From positions 11,677-75,676 of the forward strand of contig DASRYM010000013.1 of the NCBI GenBank assembly GCA_035687145.1: DNA of 64,000 bases. The letters are read 5' to 3'. Within the stretch, counting starts at the first letter, position 1; every line of letters starts with the position of its first letter. Of the stretch, positions 26,450 to 35,501 are shown in pieces. Position numbers and translations under genes: made by a program. Below the pieces are notes generated by a model. It did not search any database and was not told where the DNA came from. It was given only the letters and a program-made list of their open reading frames with translations. The DNA is from Candidatus Zixiibacteriota bacterium. Its GTDB lineage: Bacteria; Chloroflexota; Limnocylindria; QHBO01.

Positions 26450-27487
26450 CTACGCGGTCCAGCGCACGGTCGCGGGGGCGGTGACCTCGGGCAGGGGCAG
26501 GGAGGCGGCCTCGCGCTCGACGGCGCGACGCTCGTCGTCAGACAGCCGCCGCCAGGGCGAGGCCTCGACCACGTTCTTCGCTCGCCGCCAGGTGCCGGCC
26601 ACCTCACCCCGGACGAGCAGCGCGCCGGGCCAGACGCGCGAGGTCCAGAGCTCGTCCCGGCGCCGTGCGTCTGGCACCAGCAGGTCGCGGTCGGCGCCCC
26701 ACAGCAGGTAGTACGGGTCGCCGCTGGGCAGCAGGCGGGCGTCGGCCGGCGGGGCCGCCGGGGCGGCGCGGAAGGCCGGCTCGTCCTCGGCCAGGATCCA
26801 GCACTCGCCCAGCAGCGGCGTGCGCACCGCCAGCAGCTCGAGCGCCAGGGCGGCGAAGGCGGCCGCCGCTCGCGCGCGATCGACCCCGCCCCAGCGGGCG
26901 AAGGTGTCGACCGTCGACGGACCCAGGAAGTGCAGGTGGCGCCGGACGAGCTGTTGGAGCGCCTCGGCCGGCGACAGCCGGGCACGTGGGACCGTCCGCA
27001 GGGTGGCCTGGCGGGCGCCGTCCCAGCGGATGAGGACCGTGCCGGTCAGCGACGCGTAGCGCAGCGCGTTGGGGTGCACGCCCAGCGCCTCGCCGACCGC
27101 ATCCATGGGCAGCCGGCGGCCGGCGAGATGCGCCTCCATGCGGCGGGCCAGATCCTCGGCGCGCGCGCGGATGCGCCCCGTCTCCGGCAGCCGGCCGAGG
27201 GTGAAGGGCAGGTGCTCACCCTCCGGCACGACGTAGGCCACGTGGCGCGGCCCCCAGACCTGCACCAGGGACGGATCCTCCCAGGCGTCCGGCGCGACGT
27301 CTTGCACCCGGGCGTGGAGCGCGTGCAGCGCCGACCGGGGGACGCTGTCCTGCAGCCCGGGAGCGGCCGCACGGCGCAGCGAGTCCTGTCCCGGCGACAG
27401 GCGCCGGTCGAGCGCCTGGACCTGTCGGCGATGGGCGAGGATCTGGTCCCGCGTCAGCTCGAGCGGGTGGCGCCCGTCGGCCACCAC
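26450..27487 (-). CDS. Winged-helix protein of the YcaQ/AlkZ-like (HTH_42/DUF1006) family
   Basis: 345 aa with LTRDQILAHRRQVQAL..., GLQDSVPRSALHALHAR and LVQVWGPRHVAYVV, resembling the family pattern GxQxQ / LVRtwamRgTlH. It lies 5 nt downstream of the uvrA-like stop. Confidence 0.65.
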   Translation of the reverse strand: MVADGRHPLELTRDQILAHRRQVQALDRRLSPGQDSLRRAAAPGLQDSVPRSALHALHARVQDVAPDAWEDPSLVQVWGPRHVAYVVPEGEHLPFTLGRLPETGRIRARAEDLARRMEAHLAGRRLPMDAVGEALGVHPNALRYASLTGTVLIRWDGARQATLRTVPRARLSPAEALQQLVRRHLHFLGPSTVDTFARWGGVDRARAAAAFAALALELLAVRTPLLGECWILAEDEPAFRAAPAAPPADARLLPSGDPYYLLWGADRDLLVPDARRRDELWTSRVWPGALLVRGEVAGTWRRAKNVVEASPWRRLSDDERRAVEREAASLPLPEVTAPATVRWTA

Positions 27488-27492
27488 GGGGC

Positions 27493-29847
27493 TCAGGCCA
27501 CCTCGGCGGCCGGCACCCGGCGGCGCAGGTGCTCGCCGGTGAGCGAGCCCGGCGCGTTGACCAGCTCGCCCGGCGGCCCCTCGAACACGATCCGGCCCCC
27601 TTCGTGCCCCGCGCCCGGCCCCAGGTCGATCACCCAGTCGGCGCGAGCCACCACGTCCAGGTTGTGCTCGACGACGATCACCGTGCGCCCGCTCTCCACC
27701 AGCCGGTCGAGCAGGCCGATCAGGTTGTCCACGTCGTTCATGTGCAGGCCGGAGGTCGGCTCATCCAGGACGTAGACCTGGGCGTCGCCGCTCATCTCGA
27801 TCGCCAGCTTCAACCGCTGCCGCTCCCCGCCGGAGAGAGTGTACAGCATCTGGCCCAGGGTGATGTAGCCCAGTCCCACATCCGAAAGGCGGTCGAGCAT
27901 GACGCGCACGGCACGCTCCTCGGTGAAGAAGGCGCCGGCCTCCTCCACCGACATGTCCAGCACCTCGGCGACGTTGCGGCCGCGTAGCCGGTACCCGAGC
28001 ACCTCGTCGCTGAAGCGGCGGCCCTCACACACCTCGCAGACGCTCACCACGCCGGCCATGAACGCGAGGTCGGTGTAGATCAGGCCCAGGCCCCGGCACT
28101 CGGGGCAGGCGCCCTCCGAGTTGGCGCTGAACAGGGCCGGCTTCACCCCGTTGGCCGATGCGAAGGCCTTGCGGATCGGGTCCAGGATGCCGGTGTAGGT
28201 GGCCGGGTTCGACCGGCGTGAGCCGCGGATCACCGACTGGTCGATGAGCGTCACCGGCGGGTCGTGGCGCGGCATGCATCCGTGGATGAGGGAGCTCTTC
28301 CCTGATCCGGCGACGCCGGTCACCGCCACCAGCACGCCCAGCGGCACGTCCACCGAGACGTCCTGGAGGTTGTGGAGCCGCGCGTTGCGGATCGGGATCG
28401 ATCCCTGCGGCTGCCGGACGCGCTCCTTCAACGTCTGGCGCACCTCCAGGTGCCGTCCGGTCAGGGTGCCCGATGCGCGCAGACCTTCGTAGGAGCCCTG
28501 GTAAACGATCTCTCCGCCGTGTGTCCCGGCGCCGGGCCCCAGGTCCACGACGTGGTCGGCGATGCGGATGACATCGGGCTCGTGCTCCACCACCAGCACC
28601 GTGTTGCCCTTGTCCCGCAGCCGCTCCAGGATGCGGTTCATGCGCTCCACGTCGTGCGGATGGAGGCCGACGGTCGGCTCATCGAAGACGTAGGTCACAT
28701 CGGTCAGGCTGGAGCCGAGGTGGCGCACCATCCGGGTCCGCTGCGACTCGCCGCCGGACAGGGTGGAGGTCGCGCGGTCCAGGCTCAGGTAGCCGAGGCC
28801 GATCTCGACGAAGTGGCCGAGCACTGCGGTCAGCTGCTCCAGGATGGGGGCCACCTGTGGCGCGTCGATGGCCTGCACGAACGCCAGCAGGTCGGTGATC
28901 TGCATCGCCGCGCAGTCGGCGATGCTCCTGCCGTTGACCAGCGACGAGCGGGCGAGGGCGTTGAGCCTGGTCCCGTCGCAGGCCGGGCAGGCGGTGAAGG
29001 TGGCGGCCCGCTCCACCGCGGCGCGCAGGTGGGGCCGCAGTGACTCCGGGTCCTTGACCAGGTAGAGGCGCCGGATGCGGTCGACCAGGCCCACGTAGGT
29101 GATGTTGATGTTGAGGCCCTTGCTGTTGACCTTCTGGTCCGGGCCGTACAGGAAGCGCTCCCACTCGGCATCGGTGTAGTCGCGCAGCTTCTTGTCCGGA
29201 TCGAAGAAGCCGGACTCCAGGAAGACGCGGTGGTACCAGGTCCCCGGCTGGAAGTTCGGGAAGGTGATGGCGCCCTCGTTCAGGCTGCGGTCCCGGTCGA
29301 CCAGCGCATCCACGTCCACGGTGGAGATGCGGCCCAGGCCCTCGCATTCGGCGCACATCCCCCCGGCGAGCCGGAGCTCGCGCTCCTCGTGCTCGCCGCG
29401 TGCGCCCCGCAAGAGGTCCACCTCGCCCAGCAGCGTCCCGGCCGGCATGTTGAAGCTGAAGGCGCTGGCCGGGCCGACGTGCGGCTGGCCCAGGCGGCTG
29501 AACAGGATGCGCAGCATGGCGTGGGCGTCCGTGGCCGTGCCGACCGTCGAGCGCGGGTTGGCCCCCATCGGCTCCTGGTCCACGATGATCGCCGCCGTCA
29601 GGCCCTCCAGCGAGTCGACGTCTGGCCGCGGCGGAGTGGCCATGAAGCCCTGGATGAACGCCGTGTAGGTCTCGTTGATCAGGCGGCGCGACTCGGCCGC
29701 GATGGTGTCGAAGACCAGCGAGCTCTTCCCCGAGCCCGATACGCCGGTGAAGACCGTCAGCTTCCGCTTCGGGATGTCGAGGCTGACGTTGCGCAGGTTG
29801 TTCTCACGCGCGCCGCGGATCCGGATGGCGCCCCAGGGTTGGGTCAT
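27493..29847 (-). CDS. UvrA-like ABC ATPase, short class-II form (no UvrB-binding insert)
   Basis: 784 aa, against about 950 for canonical UvrA. It has IRIRGARENNLRNVSLDIPKRKLTVFTGVSGSGKSSL, two ABC modules and zinc modules (CAECEGLG, CPACDGTR, CPECRGLG, CEVCEGRRF). GAGGAGG lies upstream of the ATG. Confidence 0.9.
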   Translation of the reverse strand: MTQPWGAIRIRGARENNLRNVSLDIPKRKLTVFTGVSGSGKSSLVFDTIAAESRRLINETYTAFIQGFMATPPRPDVDSLEGLTAAIIVDQEPMGANPRSTVGTATDAHAMLRILFSRLGQPHVGPASAFSFNMPAGTLLGEVDLLRGARGEHEERELRLAGGMCAECEGLGRISTVDVDALVDRDRSLNEGAITFPNFQPGTWYHRVFLESGFFDPDKKLRDYTDAEWERFLYGPDQKVNSKGLNINITYVGLVDRIRRLYLVKDPESLRPHLRAAVERAATFTACPACDGTRLNALARSSLVNGRSIADCAAMQITDLLAFVQAIDAPQVAPILEQLTAVLGHFVEIGLGYLSLDRATSTLSGGESQRTRMVRHLGSSLTDVTYVFDEPTVGLHPHDVERMNRILERLRDKGNTVLVVEHEPDVIRIADHVVDLGPGAGTHGGEIVYQGSYEGLRASGTLTGRHLEVRQTLKERVRQPQGSIPIRNARLHNLQDVSVDVPLGVLVAVTGVAGSGKSSLIHGCMPRHDPPVTLIDQSVIRGSRRSNPATYTGILDPIRKAFASANGVKPALFSANSEGACPECRGLGLIYTDLAFMAGVVSVCEVCEGRRFSDEVLGYRLRGRNVAEVLDMSVEEAGAFFTEERAVRVMLDRLSDVGLGYITLGQMLYTLSGGERQRLKLAIEMSGDAQVYVLDEPTSGLHMNDVDNLIGLLDRLVESGRTVIVVEHNLDVVARADWVIDLGPGAGHEGGRIVFEGPPGELVNAPGSLTGEHLRRRVPAAEVA

Positions 29848-29884
29848 GCACCTCCTCGTGCTGCGCGTGGTGGATTCTGCCGCA

Positions 29885-30385
29885 TCAGGCCACGACGACG
29901 GCGTCGGCCGCGCGCTCGACCTCGGCGATATCGATCTTGCCCATCTTCAGCATGGCCTCCATCGCGCGTCGCGCGCGCTCCGGGTCGGGATCCTCCATCA
30001 GCTCATTCAGGCGCCTGGGAACGATCTGCCACGAGAGCCCCCAGCGATCCTTGAGCCAGCCGCACGGGCCCGGCTCGCCGCCGTCGGCGGTCAGCGCATC
30101 CCACAGCCGATCGGTCTCGGCCTGGTCGTCGGTCTCGATCACGATCGAGAGCGACTCGTTGAACGTGAAGCCCGGTTCGGGGCCGCCGGCCAGGATCTGG
30201 AGCTTCTGGCCGGCCAGCGTGAAGTCGACCAGCAGGACCATGCCCGCCGGGCCGCTGGGTGTGTCGGCCGGCGAGCGGGTCACCTTGTCCACCCGGCTGT
30301 CCGGCAGCAGGCCGGTGTAGAAGGCCGCGGCCTCTTCGGCGTCGCGCTCGAACCAGAGGCATGGGTAGACCTTGGGGTTCGCCAT
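29885..30385 (-). CDS. VOC-family protein (PhnB / 3-demethylubiquinone methyltransferase-like fold)
   Basis: 166 aa from ATG 30385, with AAGGAG 9 nt upstream. It has VYPCLWFERDAEEAAAFY and DRWGLSWQIVP. Confidence 0.8.
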   Translation of the reverse strand: MANPKVYPCLWFERDAEEAAAFYTGLLPDSRVDKVTRSPADTPSGPAGMVLLVDFTLAGQKLQILAGGPEPGFTFNESLSIVIETDDQAETDRLWDALTADGGEPGPCGWLKDRWGLSWQIVPRRLNELMEDPDPERARRAMEAMLKMGKIDIAEVERAADAVVVA

Positions 30386-30463
30386 CGGAGTCATCTCCTT
30401 TCGGGTTGGTGCTGGTTCGACTGAAGGTCGCGCGCCGACTCATCGGTCCACCGGTCACGCGGG

Positions 30464-30497
30464 TTGACGAAGCCTATCATACAACCGTATGGTTGTA
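30464..30497 (+). promoter_or_regulatory. Candidate arsR promoter (TTGACG-18 nt-TATGGT) with overlapping 7-4-7 inverted repeat operator
   Basis: TTGACG at 30464-30469 and TATGGT at 30488-30493, with ATG 30501 seven nt downstream. The inverted repeat TACAACC-GTAT-GGTTGTA (30480-30497) overlaps the -10. Confidence 0.45.
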
Positions 30498-30500
30498 CCA

Positions 30501-30842
30501 ATGCAGATGCTCCCCGACCACGACCGCCTCTTCGGCGCGCTGGCCGACGCCACGCGGCGCGACATCGTGCGCCGCGCGATCGGCGGCGAGGAGGGCATCG
30601 CCGAGCTGGCCTCCCACTACCCGATGAGCTTCGCGGCCGTGCAGAAGCACGTGGCGATCCTCGAGCGCGCCGGGCTGGTCAGCAAGCACCGCGTCGGGCG
30701 GCGGAAGGTCGTCCGCACCAACCTGCAGGCGCTCGACGTGGCGCGGCGCCTCCTGGACCAGTACGAGGAGCTGTGGCGCCAGCGCGTGGAGCGCATGACC
30801 CGGATCCTCAGCCAGCCCCCCACTGAAGGAGATGACCGATGA
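30501..30842 (+). CDS. ArsR/SmtB-family transcriptional regulator
   Basis: 113 aa from ATG 30501 (leaderless geometry). It has LFGALADATRRDIVRRA...ELASHYPMSFAAVQKHVAILERAGLV. There is a 4-nt overlap with the next gene. Confidence 0.8.
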   Translation: MQMLPDHDRLFGALADATRRDIVRRAIGGEEGIAELASHYPMSFAAVQKHVAILERAGLVSKHRVGRRKVVRTNLQALDVARRLLDQYEELWRQRVERMTRILSQPPTEGDDR

Positions 30843-31369
30843 CCGTGACCGCCATGCGGAAGGATCCCGCCGCCCGGACCATGACCCTGGAGGCCGAGTT
30901 CGACGCCTCCCCGGAGCGGGTCTGGCAGCTGTGGGCCGACCCCCGCCAGCTCGAGCGCTGGTGGGGCCCGCCCAGCTATCCGGCGACCGTCACCCGCCAC
31001 GAGCTGCGGCCCGGCGGCAGGGTCGAGTATCACATGACCGGCCCGGAGGGCGACCAGCCGCGGGGCTACTGGGAGGTCGACGAGGTCGAGCCACCCCATC
31101 GGCTGGTTTACCGCGACGGCTTCGCCAACGCCGACGGCACGCCGAACGCGCAGCTGCCGATGGTGACCGGTCGGGTGACGATCGAGGAGATCGGCCCGGG
31201 CCGCACGCGGATGTCGATCGAGAGCGAGTTCCCGACCGTCGAGGCCATGGAGCAGCTGGCGGCCATGGGCATGGAGGAAGGCCTGAAGCAGGCGGTCGGC
31301 CAGATCGACGCCATGTTGACCGAGGAGGCGGTGGCCGGGCGCGGGGCGGGCCCGGTCGGCGACCGATGA
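30839..31369 (+). CDS. SRPBCC/AHSA1-like domain protein
   Basis: 176 aa with VWQLWADPRQLERWWGP. This is the common ArsR + AHSA1-like gene pair. Confidence 0.8.
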   Translation: MTVTAMRKDPAARTMTLEAEFDASPERVWQLWADPRQLERWWGPPSYPATVTRHELRPGGRVEYHMTGPEGDQPRGYWEVDEVEPPHRLVYRDGFANADGTPNAQLPMVTGRVTIEEIGPGRTRMSIESEFPTVEAMEQLAAMGMEEGLKQAVGQIDAMLTEEAVAGRGAGPVGDR

Positions 31370-31424
31370 AGTCTGGCCGGGACGCCCGTCTGATCAGCAG
31401 CACCCGCAGGCGAGAGAGGGCACC

Positions 31425-32294
31425 ATGACGCTGACCGAGACGACGACCCGCACCCTGGAGGTGCCGGGCGCCACCCTGACCTACGACGTGCGGCCCGGGC
31501 CGGGCGACGCGGTTCCCCTGTTCCTGGTGGGGCTGCCGATGGCCGCCGCCGGCTTCGGCACCCTGGCCGGCCACTTCCCGGACCGTACGGTGGTGACCCA
31601 CGACCCGCGCGGGTCGGAGCGGAGCACGAAGGCCGATCCGACGGCCCGGGTCACCGTCGACACCCACGCCGATGACCTCCATCGGCTCATCCAGGAGCTC
31701 GATGCGGGGCCGGTGGACCTGTTCGGCAGCAGCGGTGGAGCCGCCGTGGGGCTGGCACTGGTCGCCGCGCACCCCGAGGATGTGCGCACGCTGGTCGCCC
31801 ACGAGCCACCGCTGGCCTCGATCCTTCCCGACCGCGAGAACGCGCTGGCGGCTTCCCGCGCCGTCGGCGAGACGTACGAGGCCAAAGGCTTCGGTGCCGG
31901 CATGGCGCACTTCATCGCGGTGGTCAGCCACCGCGGCGAGTTCCCGGACGGCTGGGCCGACCAGCCGGCACCGGACCCGGCGCTGTTCGGCCTGCCGGCG
32001 GAGGACGACGGGTCCCGCAACGACCCGCTGATGGGCTCTGGCAACATGCTCATCACCCCCGCCTACGAGCCGGACGTCGAGGCGCTGCGCCGGGCATCGA
32101 CCCGGATCGTGCCGGCCGCCGGCAACGAGGTGGGGACCATGGCCAATCGCGCGGCCCACGCCCTCGCCGAGCGGCTGGGGCTCCAGGTGGTCGTCTTCCC
32201 CGGCGGTCACGGCGGGTTCCTGGGCGGCGAGTACGGTCAGATGGGCGAGCCGGACGCCTTCGCCGCGAAGCTCCGCGACGTGCTGGAGGCCTGA
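31425..32294 (+). CDS. Alpha/beta hydrolase
   Basis: 289 aa. GAGAGGG lies upstream. The nucleophile elbow is GSSGGA and the C-terminus has GGHGGF. Confidence 0.8.
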   Translation: MTLTETTTRTLEVPGATLTYDVRPGPGDAVPLFLVGLPMAAAGFGTLAGHFPDRTVVTHDPRGSERSTKADPTARVTVDTHADDLHRLIQELDAGPVDLFGSSGGAAVGLALVAAHPEDVRTLVAHEPPLASILPDRENALAASRAVGETYEAKGFGAGMAHFIAVVSHRGEFPDGWADQPAPDPALFGLPAEDDGSRNDPLMGSGNMLITPAYEPDVEALRRASTRIVPAAGNEVGTMANRAAHALAERLGLQVVVFPGGHGGFLGGEYGQMGEPDAFAAKLRDVLEA

Positions 32295-32299
32295 AGGGA

Positions 32300-32512
32300 A
32301 TGCAGCTGACATCCACCCTGTTCCTCTCGATCGACGGGGTCCACCAGGGCCCCGGCGGCCCGACCGAGGACACGACCGACGGCTTCGATCGCGGCGGCTG
32401 GACCGTCCCCCTCTTCGACCAGGCCACCGGCGAGTTCATGGACTCGGGGGTGACGATCTCGGTCTACCGGCCGACCGGCCGGCCGGCGTACGGCGAGGCC
32501 GAGATCAGCTAG
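32300..32512 (+). pseudogene. Internally deleted DHFR-family (RibD_C-type) gene remnant
   Basis: 70 aa. A typical N-terminus ([21 protein letters not shown]...GGWTVPLFD) is joined directly to a typical C-terminal end ([10 protein letters not shown]). About 120 aa of the usual ~190 are missing. Confidence 0.5.
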
Positions 32513-32585
32513 ACGGACGGTCGGCCGTCGCGCGCCCGGGCTCTGCGCTCGCAGGCGGCCATCAGGGGGTCATGGGCCTCGGCGA

Positions 32586-32834
32586 TCAGCGGCATGACGT
32601 GTCGGGGCCGTCAGGCAGGCGTTCGGTGCTCATCGGCCCAGCCGGGATCCTGCATGGCAACCCGCCTCGACGCCACACAGGTCGATTCGCGGCAGGCCGT
32701 GCATCCCCCAGCTCCTGCGCTGCTCGACGATGGTCGCGGTGGTCTCCCAGCTGCTCGTCGGTGAGACCGGCCACCACGTCGCGCAGCCGCCGGTCGTGCT
32801 GCGGCCACATGTCGTGGGCCGCGCGGATGGTCAT
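32586..32834 (-). CDS. Short ORF translationally coupled to the upstream gene; possible DinB-like N-terminal fragment
   Basis: It has an ATGA start/stop overlap with 32831..33517. The first ~30 aa (MTIRAAHDMWPQHDRRLRDVVAGLTDEQL) look DinB-like, and the rest is low-complexity. Confidence 0.3.
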   Translation of the reverse strand: MTIRAAHDMWPQHDRRLRDVVAGLTDEQLGDHRDHRRAAQELGDARPAANRPVWRRGGLPCRIPAGPMSTERLPDGPDTSCR

Positions 32835-33517
32835 CCCTCGCGCCCCGAGATGGTGGCGATGTCGAGCTCGTTGCCGGCCGCGTCGGCCAGTGTCCACCAG
32901 GCGGGGGCATAGGCGTCGCGCACCAACCGCCCGCCGGCGGCAAGGGCGGCCTGGACCCGGGCCTCGGCCTGCGCACGGGGGACCCAGACTGCCAGGTGGA
33001 TGGCACCGCCCCCGTCGGTGCGCGGCTCCTCCATCTGCTCGAACCAGAACCCTGGACCGCGGTCCTGCGGGTCCACCAGGTCCTCCCCCGGGCTGTCCGG
33101 CCGCGGCCGGTAGCCGAGCGCCGCCTGCCAGAAGGGCATCACCTGCCGGATCTCCGGCGCGCCCGGGATGACGAGCAGGTACTGCAGTCGCGTGGGATCC
33201 GGGCTCAAGCCCAGCGCCCGCGCCGCCTCCGAGATCCGGCGCGCCAGATCCACGTCGCGCTTGGTCATGCCCATGTAGTCGGGCACGAGGGTCACCAGGC
33301 GCACGGTGACGCCGCCCACGCGGATGTCGACCGCCGGTGGGTGGTCCCCTACGCCGGGCAGCTCGGCGATGGCCTGCACCAGGCGGGCGCTCGCCGCGAA
33401 CGAGCTGCTGGCGAAGAACGCGTTCGCCCCGTCACCCAGGACGCGCCAGTCTCCGGTGCCTTCGGCCTCCTGGAACTCGCGGGGCGTGATACGGTCGTTT
33501 CCGGCGGTCGAGGTCAT
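32831..33517 (-). CDS. PCD-like + VOC-like two-domain protein (paralog of 24689..25357)
   Basis: 228 aa from ATG 33517 within ORF 32831..33928. The domain order and motifs match the paralog. Confidence 0.7.
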   Translation of the reverse strand: MTSTAGNDRITPREFQEAEGTGDWRVLGDGANAFFASSSFAASARLVQAIAELPGVGDHPPAVDIRVGGVTVRLVTLVPDYMGMTKRDVDLARRISEAARALGLSPDPTRLQYLLVIPGAPEIRQVMPFWQAALGYRPRPDSPGEDLVDPQDRGPGFWFEQMEEPRTDGGGAIHLAVWVPRAQAEARVQAALAAGGRLVRDAYAPAWWTLADAAGNELDIATISGREG

Positions 33518-34019
33518 CAGTCCCCTCTCACTGCGGCGATGATGTGCGGGAGCGTTCTGAGGTGGGCCCGCTCGTGCGACGCCAGCCAGGACCCGTAGTA
33601 GCGGGCGCTGTAGTGGAAGGTCTTGTTCGGCGGGACCGATACCGTGGCGGTCCGCTCCTCGCAGGCGCTCGGCGGGACGCCGTCCAGCGCGGCGCCAGCA
33701 GCTTGGCGCGCTGCGCGGTGAACGCCTCGAAGGCCTCCCGGAACGTCCAGTCGTGGTACCCGGATCTCGCCTGCCAGGTGCGCGGTGACATGCCCCTCCA
33801 GGCCGGACCGTCCTCGTCGAGGATCCGCCGAACGTTGCCCCCCAGCACGTCGTTGCAGGCGCGCAGGTGGGCGAGGACGTCGTTGACCGACCACGCTCCG
33901 GGCTCCGGGGCCGCATGGAGCTGCGCATCGGTCAGCCCATCGGTCAGTGAGGACAGGCGGCCCGGCGTCTCGGGCAGGATCGCCATGATCTCCTCTACGG
34001 TCAGCTCGCGGCTTGCCAC
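33517..34019 (-). pseudogene. DinB-family gene with a 1-nt frameshift near 33690
   Basis: The N-terminal 109 aa are in the frame of ORF 33528..34019 (…SVNDVLAHLRACNDVL…). The C-terminal ~55 aa are in the frame of ORF 33517..34137 (ALDGVPPSA…SHERAHLRTLPHI). The second frame ends in an ATGA overlap with the next gene. Confidence 0.6.
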
Positions 34020-34151
34020 GGTACCTCACTTGCTGCGAGTCCGCGCACAAGCATAGGCACCGATTCCTGACACGATCGGTCAGGTTCCTGCCCGCAGCTG
34101 TCAGGAATACGGTCGAACATGGGTCCGGAACTCGCACTCCGAAGGAGCCAC

Positions 34152-34868
34152 ATGGCGGAGTATCCGATCATCCTGGTGCCCGGCTTCTGGCTGGGTGCCT
34201 GGGCCTGGGACGAGGTCGCGGAAATCCTCCGCGCCGAGGGCCACGACGTCACCGCGTTGACCCTCCCCGGTCTGGAGGCGCCCGATTCCGACCGGTCCGC
34301 GATCACGGCCGAGGATCACGTGCAGGCCATCTGCGAGGCCGTCGAGGCGGCCGGACGCCCGGTGGTGCTGGTCGTCCACAGCGGTGCCGGCTTCAGCGGT
34401 TACGCGGCCAGCGACCGCTGCCCGGACCGGATCGCGGCCATGGTCTACGTCGACACCGGCCCGGGCATCGGCGCCATGGACCCCGAATTCGAGGGCGTCG
34501 AGAAGCCGATGGTCTGGTCCGAGCTCGAGGAGACCGAGAACCTGGAGGGGATCAGCGAGCAGCAGAAGGCCGTCTGGCGGCAGCGCGCCGTCCCACAGCC
34601 CGGCGGCGTCATCCGCGGTTCCGTACCGCTGACGAATGACGCGCGGCTGGACATTCCGAGCACGGTGATCGCCACCGCATTCCCGAGCACCGACTACCAG
34701 GAGTTCCTGCGGGCGGAGAACCCGGCATTCCTGGCCGGGCTCAATGAGCTGCGCAACGTGACGTGGGTCGACCTTCCCACCAGCCACTGGCCGATGTGGT
34801 CGCGCCCACGCGACCTGGCGCGGATCATCGGCGAGATCGCCAGCGTGCCGGCGGGCGCTCGAGCCTGA
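34152..34868 (+). CDS. Alpha/beta hydrolase
   Basis: 238 aa from ATG 34152, with GAAGGAG upstream. It has ILVPGFWLGAWAW and the elbow VHSGAG. Confidence 0.8.
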   Translation: MAEYPIILVPGFWLGAWAWDEVAEILRAEGHDVTALTLPGLEAPDSDRSAITAEDHVQAICEAVEAAGRPVVLVVHSGAGFSGYAASDRCPDRIAAMVYVDTGPGIGAMDPEFEGVEKPMVWSELEETENLEGISEQQKAVWRQRAVPQPGGVIRGSVPLTNDARLDIPSTVIATAFPSTDYQEFLRAENPAFLAGLNELRNVTWVDLPTSHWPMWSRPRDLARIIGEIASVPAGARA

Positions 34869-34924
34869 TGTCGCCGCGCCGCTGCCGTGTCAGGGTGGGG
34901 TGCGGTGCCAAGCCTGGTGCGCGG

Positions 34925-35018
34925 CGAAACGTCGTCATTCACACCAGGTGCGCCTTATCCATGAATCGAGGCCGCTGAAGGCACCTAACGGTCACCTGGT
35001 GTGAATTACGACCACTCG
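34925..35018 (+). mobile_element. Family-A hairpin element (short, 94 bp), copy 3
   Basis: The left arm CGAAACGTCGTCATTCACACCAGGTGCGC is inverted relative to the right arm GGTCACCTGGTGTGAATTACGACCACTCG. The interior GAGGCCGCTGAAGGCACCTAAC matches copy 2. Confidence 0.65.
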
Positions 35019-35036
35019 CTGGGGCATCGGCGCCAA

Positions 35037-35069
35037 TAACGGTCACCTGGTGTGAATTACGACCACTCG
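35037..35069 (+). repeat. Family-A right arm duplicated in tandem (51-bp period)
   Basis: TAACGGTCACCTGGTGTGAATTACGACCACTCGC at 35037 is identical over 34 nt to the copy at 34986. The sequences diverge after that. Confidence 0.7.
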
Positions 35070-35157
35070 CGGGACGGAGACGACGCCCGGGGAGCCCCGG
35101 CATCGGTCCCTCGAGCGCCGTGTCAGTCTCCAGGGATTGAACCGCGCGCCGTCGCGG

Positions 35158-35451
35158 TCAGAGGCCGTCGCCCGCCGGTTCGTTGTGGTCGTGGACGTGC
35201 GCCTCCTTGGCGTGGTCGTCCGCCTCCTGCCCCGGATCGTGCTCGTGGGCATGGATCAGCGGCGCGTGGTTGTGCTCGTGGCTGTGGTAGTGGGCGCGGT
35301 GCTCGAACTCGCCGAGCAGCCCGCCGGTGTGGTGGTGGGTGACGTGGTAGTGGTCGTGGGTATGCACGTCGGCCGGATGCGCATGCTCCTGCCGCCGTGC
35401 TTCCTCACCCACCGTGGTCTGCGCGGTCTGGCCGCTCGTCTGGTAGGTCAT
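35158..35451 (-). CDS. Histidine-rich small protein (22 His in 97 aa)
   Basis: From ATG 35451 within ORF 35158..35853. It contains HAHPADVHTHDHYHVTHHH...HRAHYHSHEHNHAPLIHAHEHD...HVHDHN. It is the last gene of the PadR operon. Confidence 0.6.
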   Translation of the reverse strand: MTYQTSGQTAQTTVGEEARRQEHAHPADVHTHDHYHVTHHHTGGLLGEFEHRAHYHSHEHNHAPLIHAHEHDPGQEADDHAKEAHVHDHNEPAGDGL

Positions 35452-35501
35452 GGTCAGCGAGCGCTGCAGACACCGTACCTCTTCCCGGCATCGCGCCGGC
35501 C

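Noticed and set aside
34986-35087. 51-bp tandem repeat considered as a possible CRISPR fragment
   Set aside because: There are only two units. The supposed spacer parts are just diverged repeat tails. The repeat belongs to the dispersed family-A arm, and no cas genes are present.
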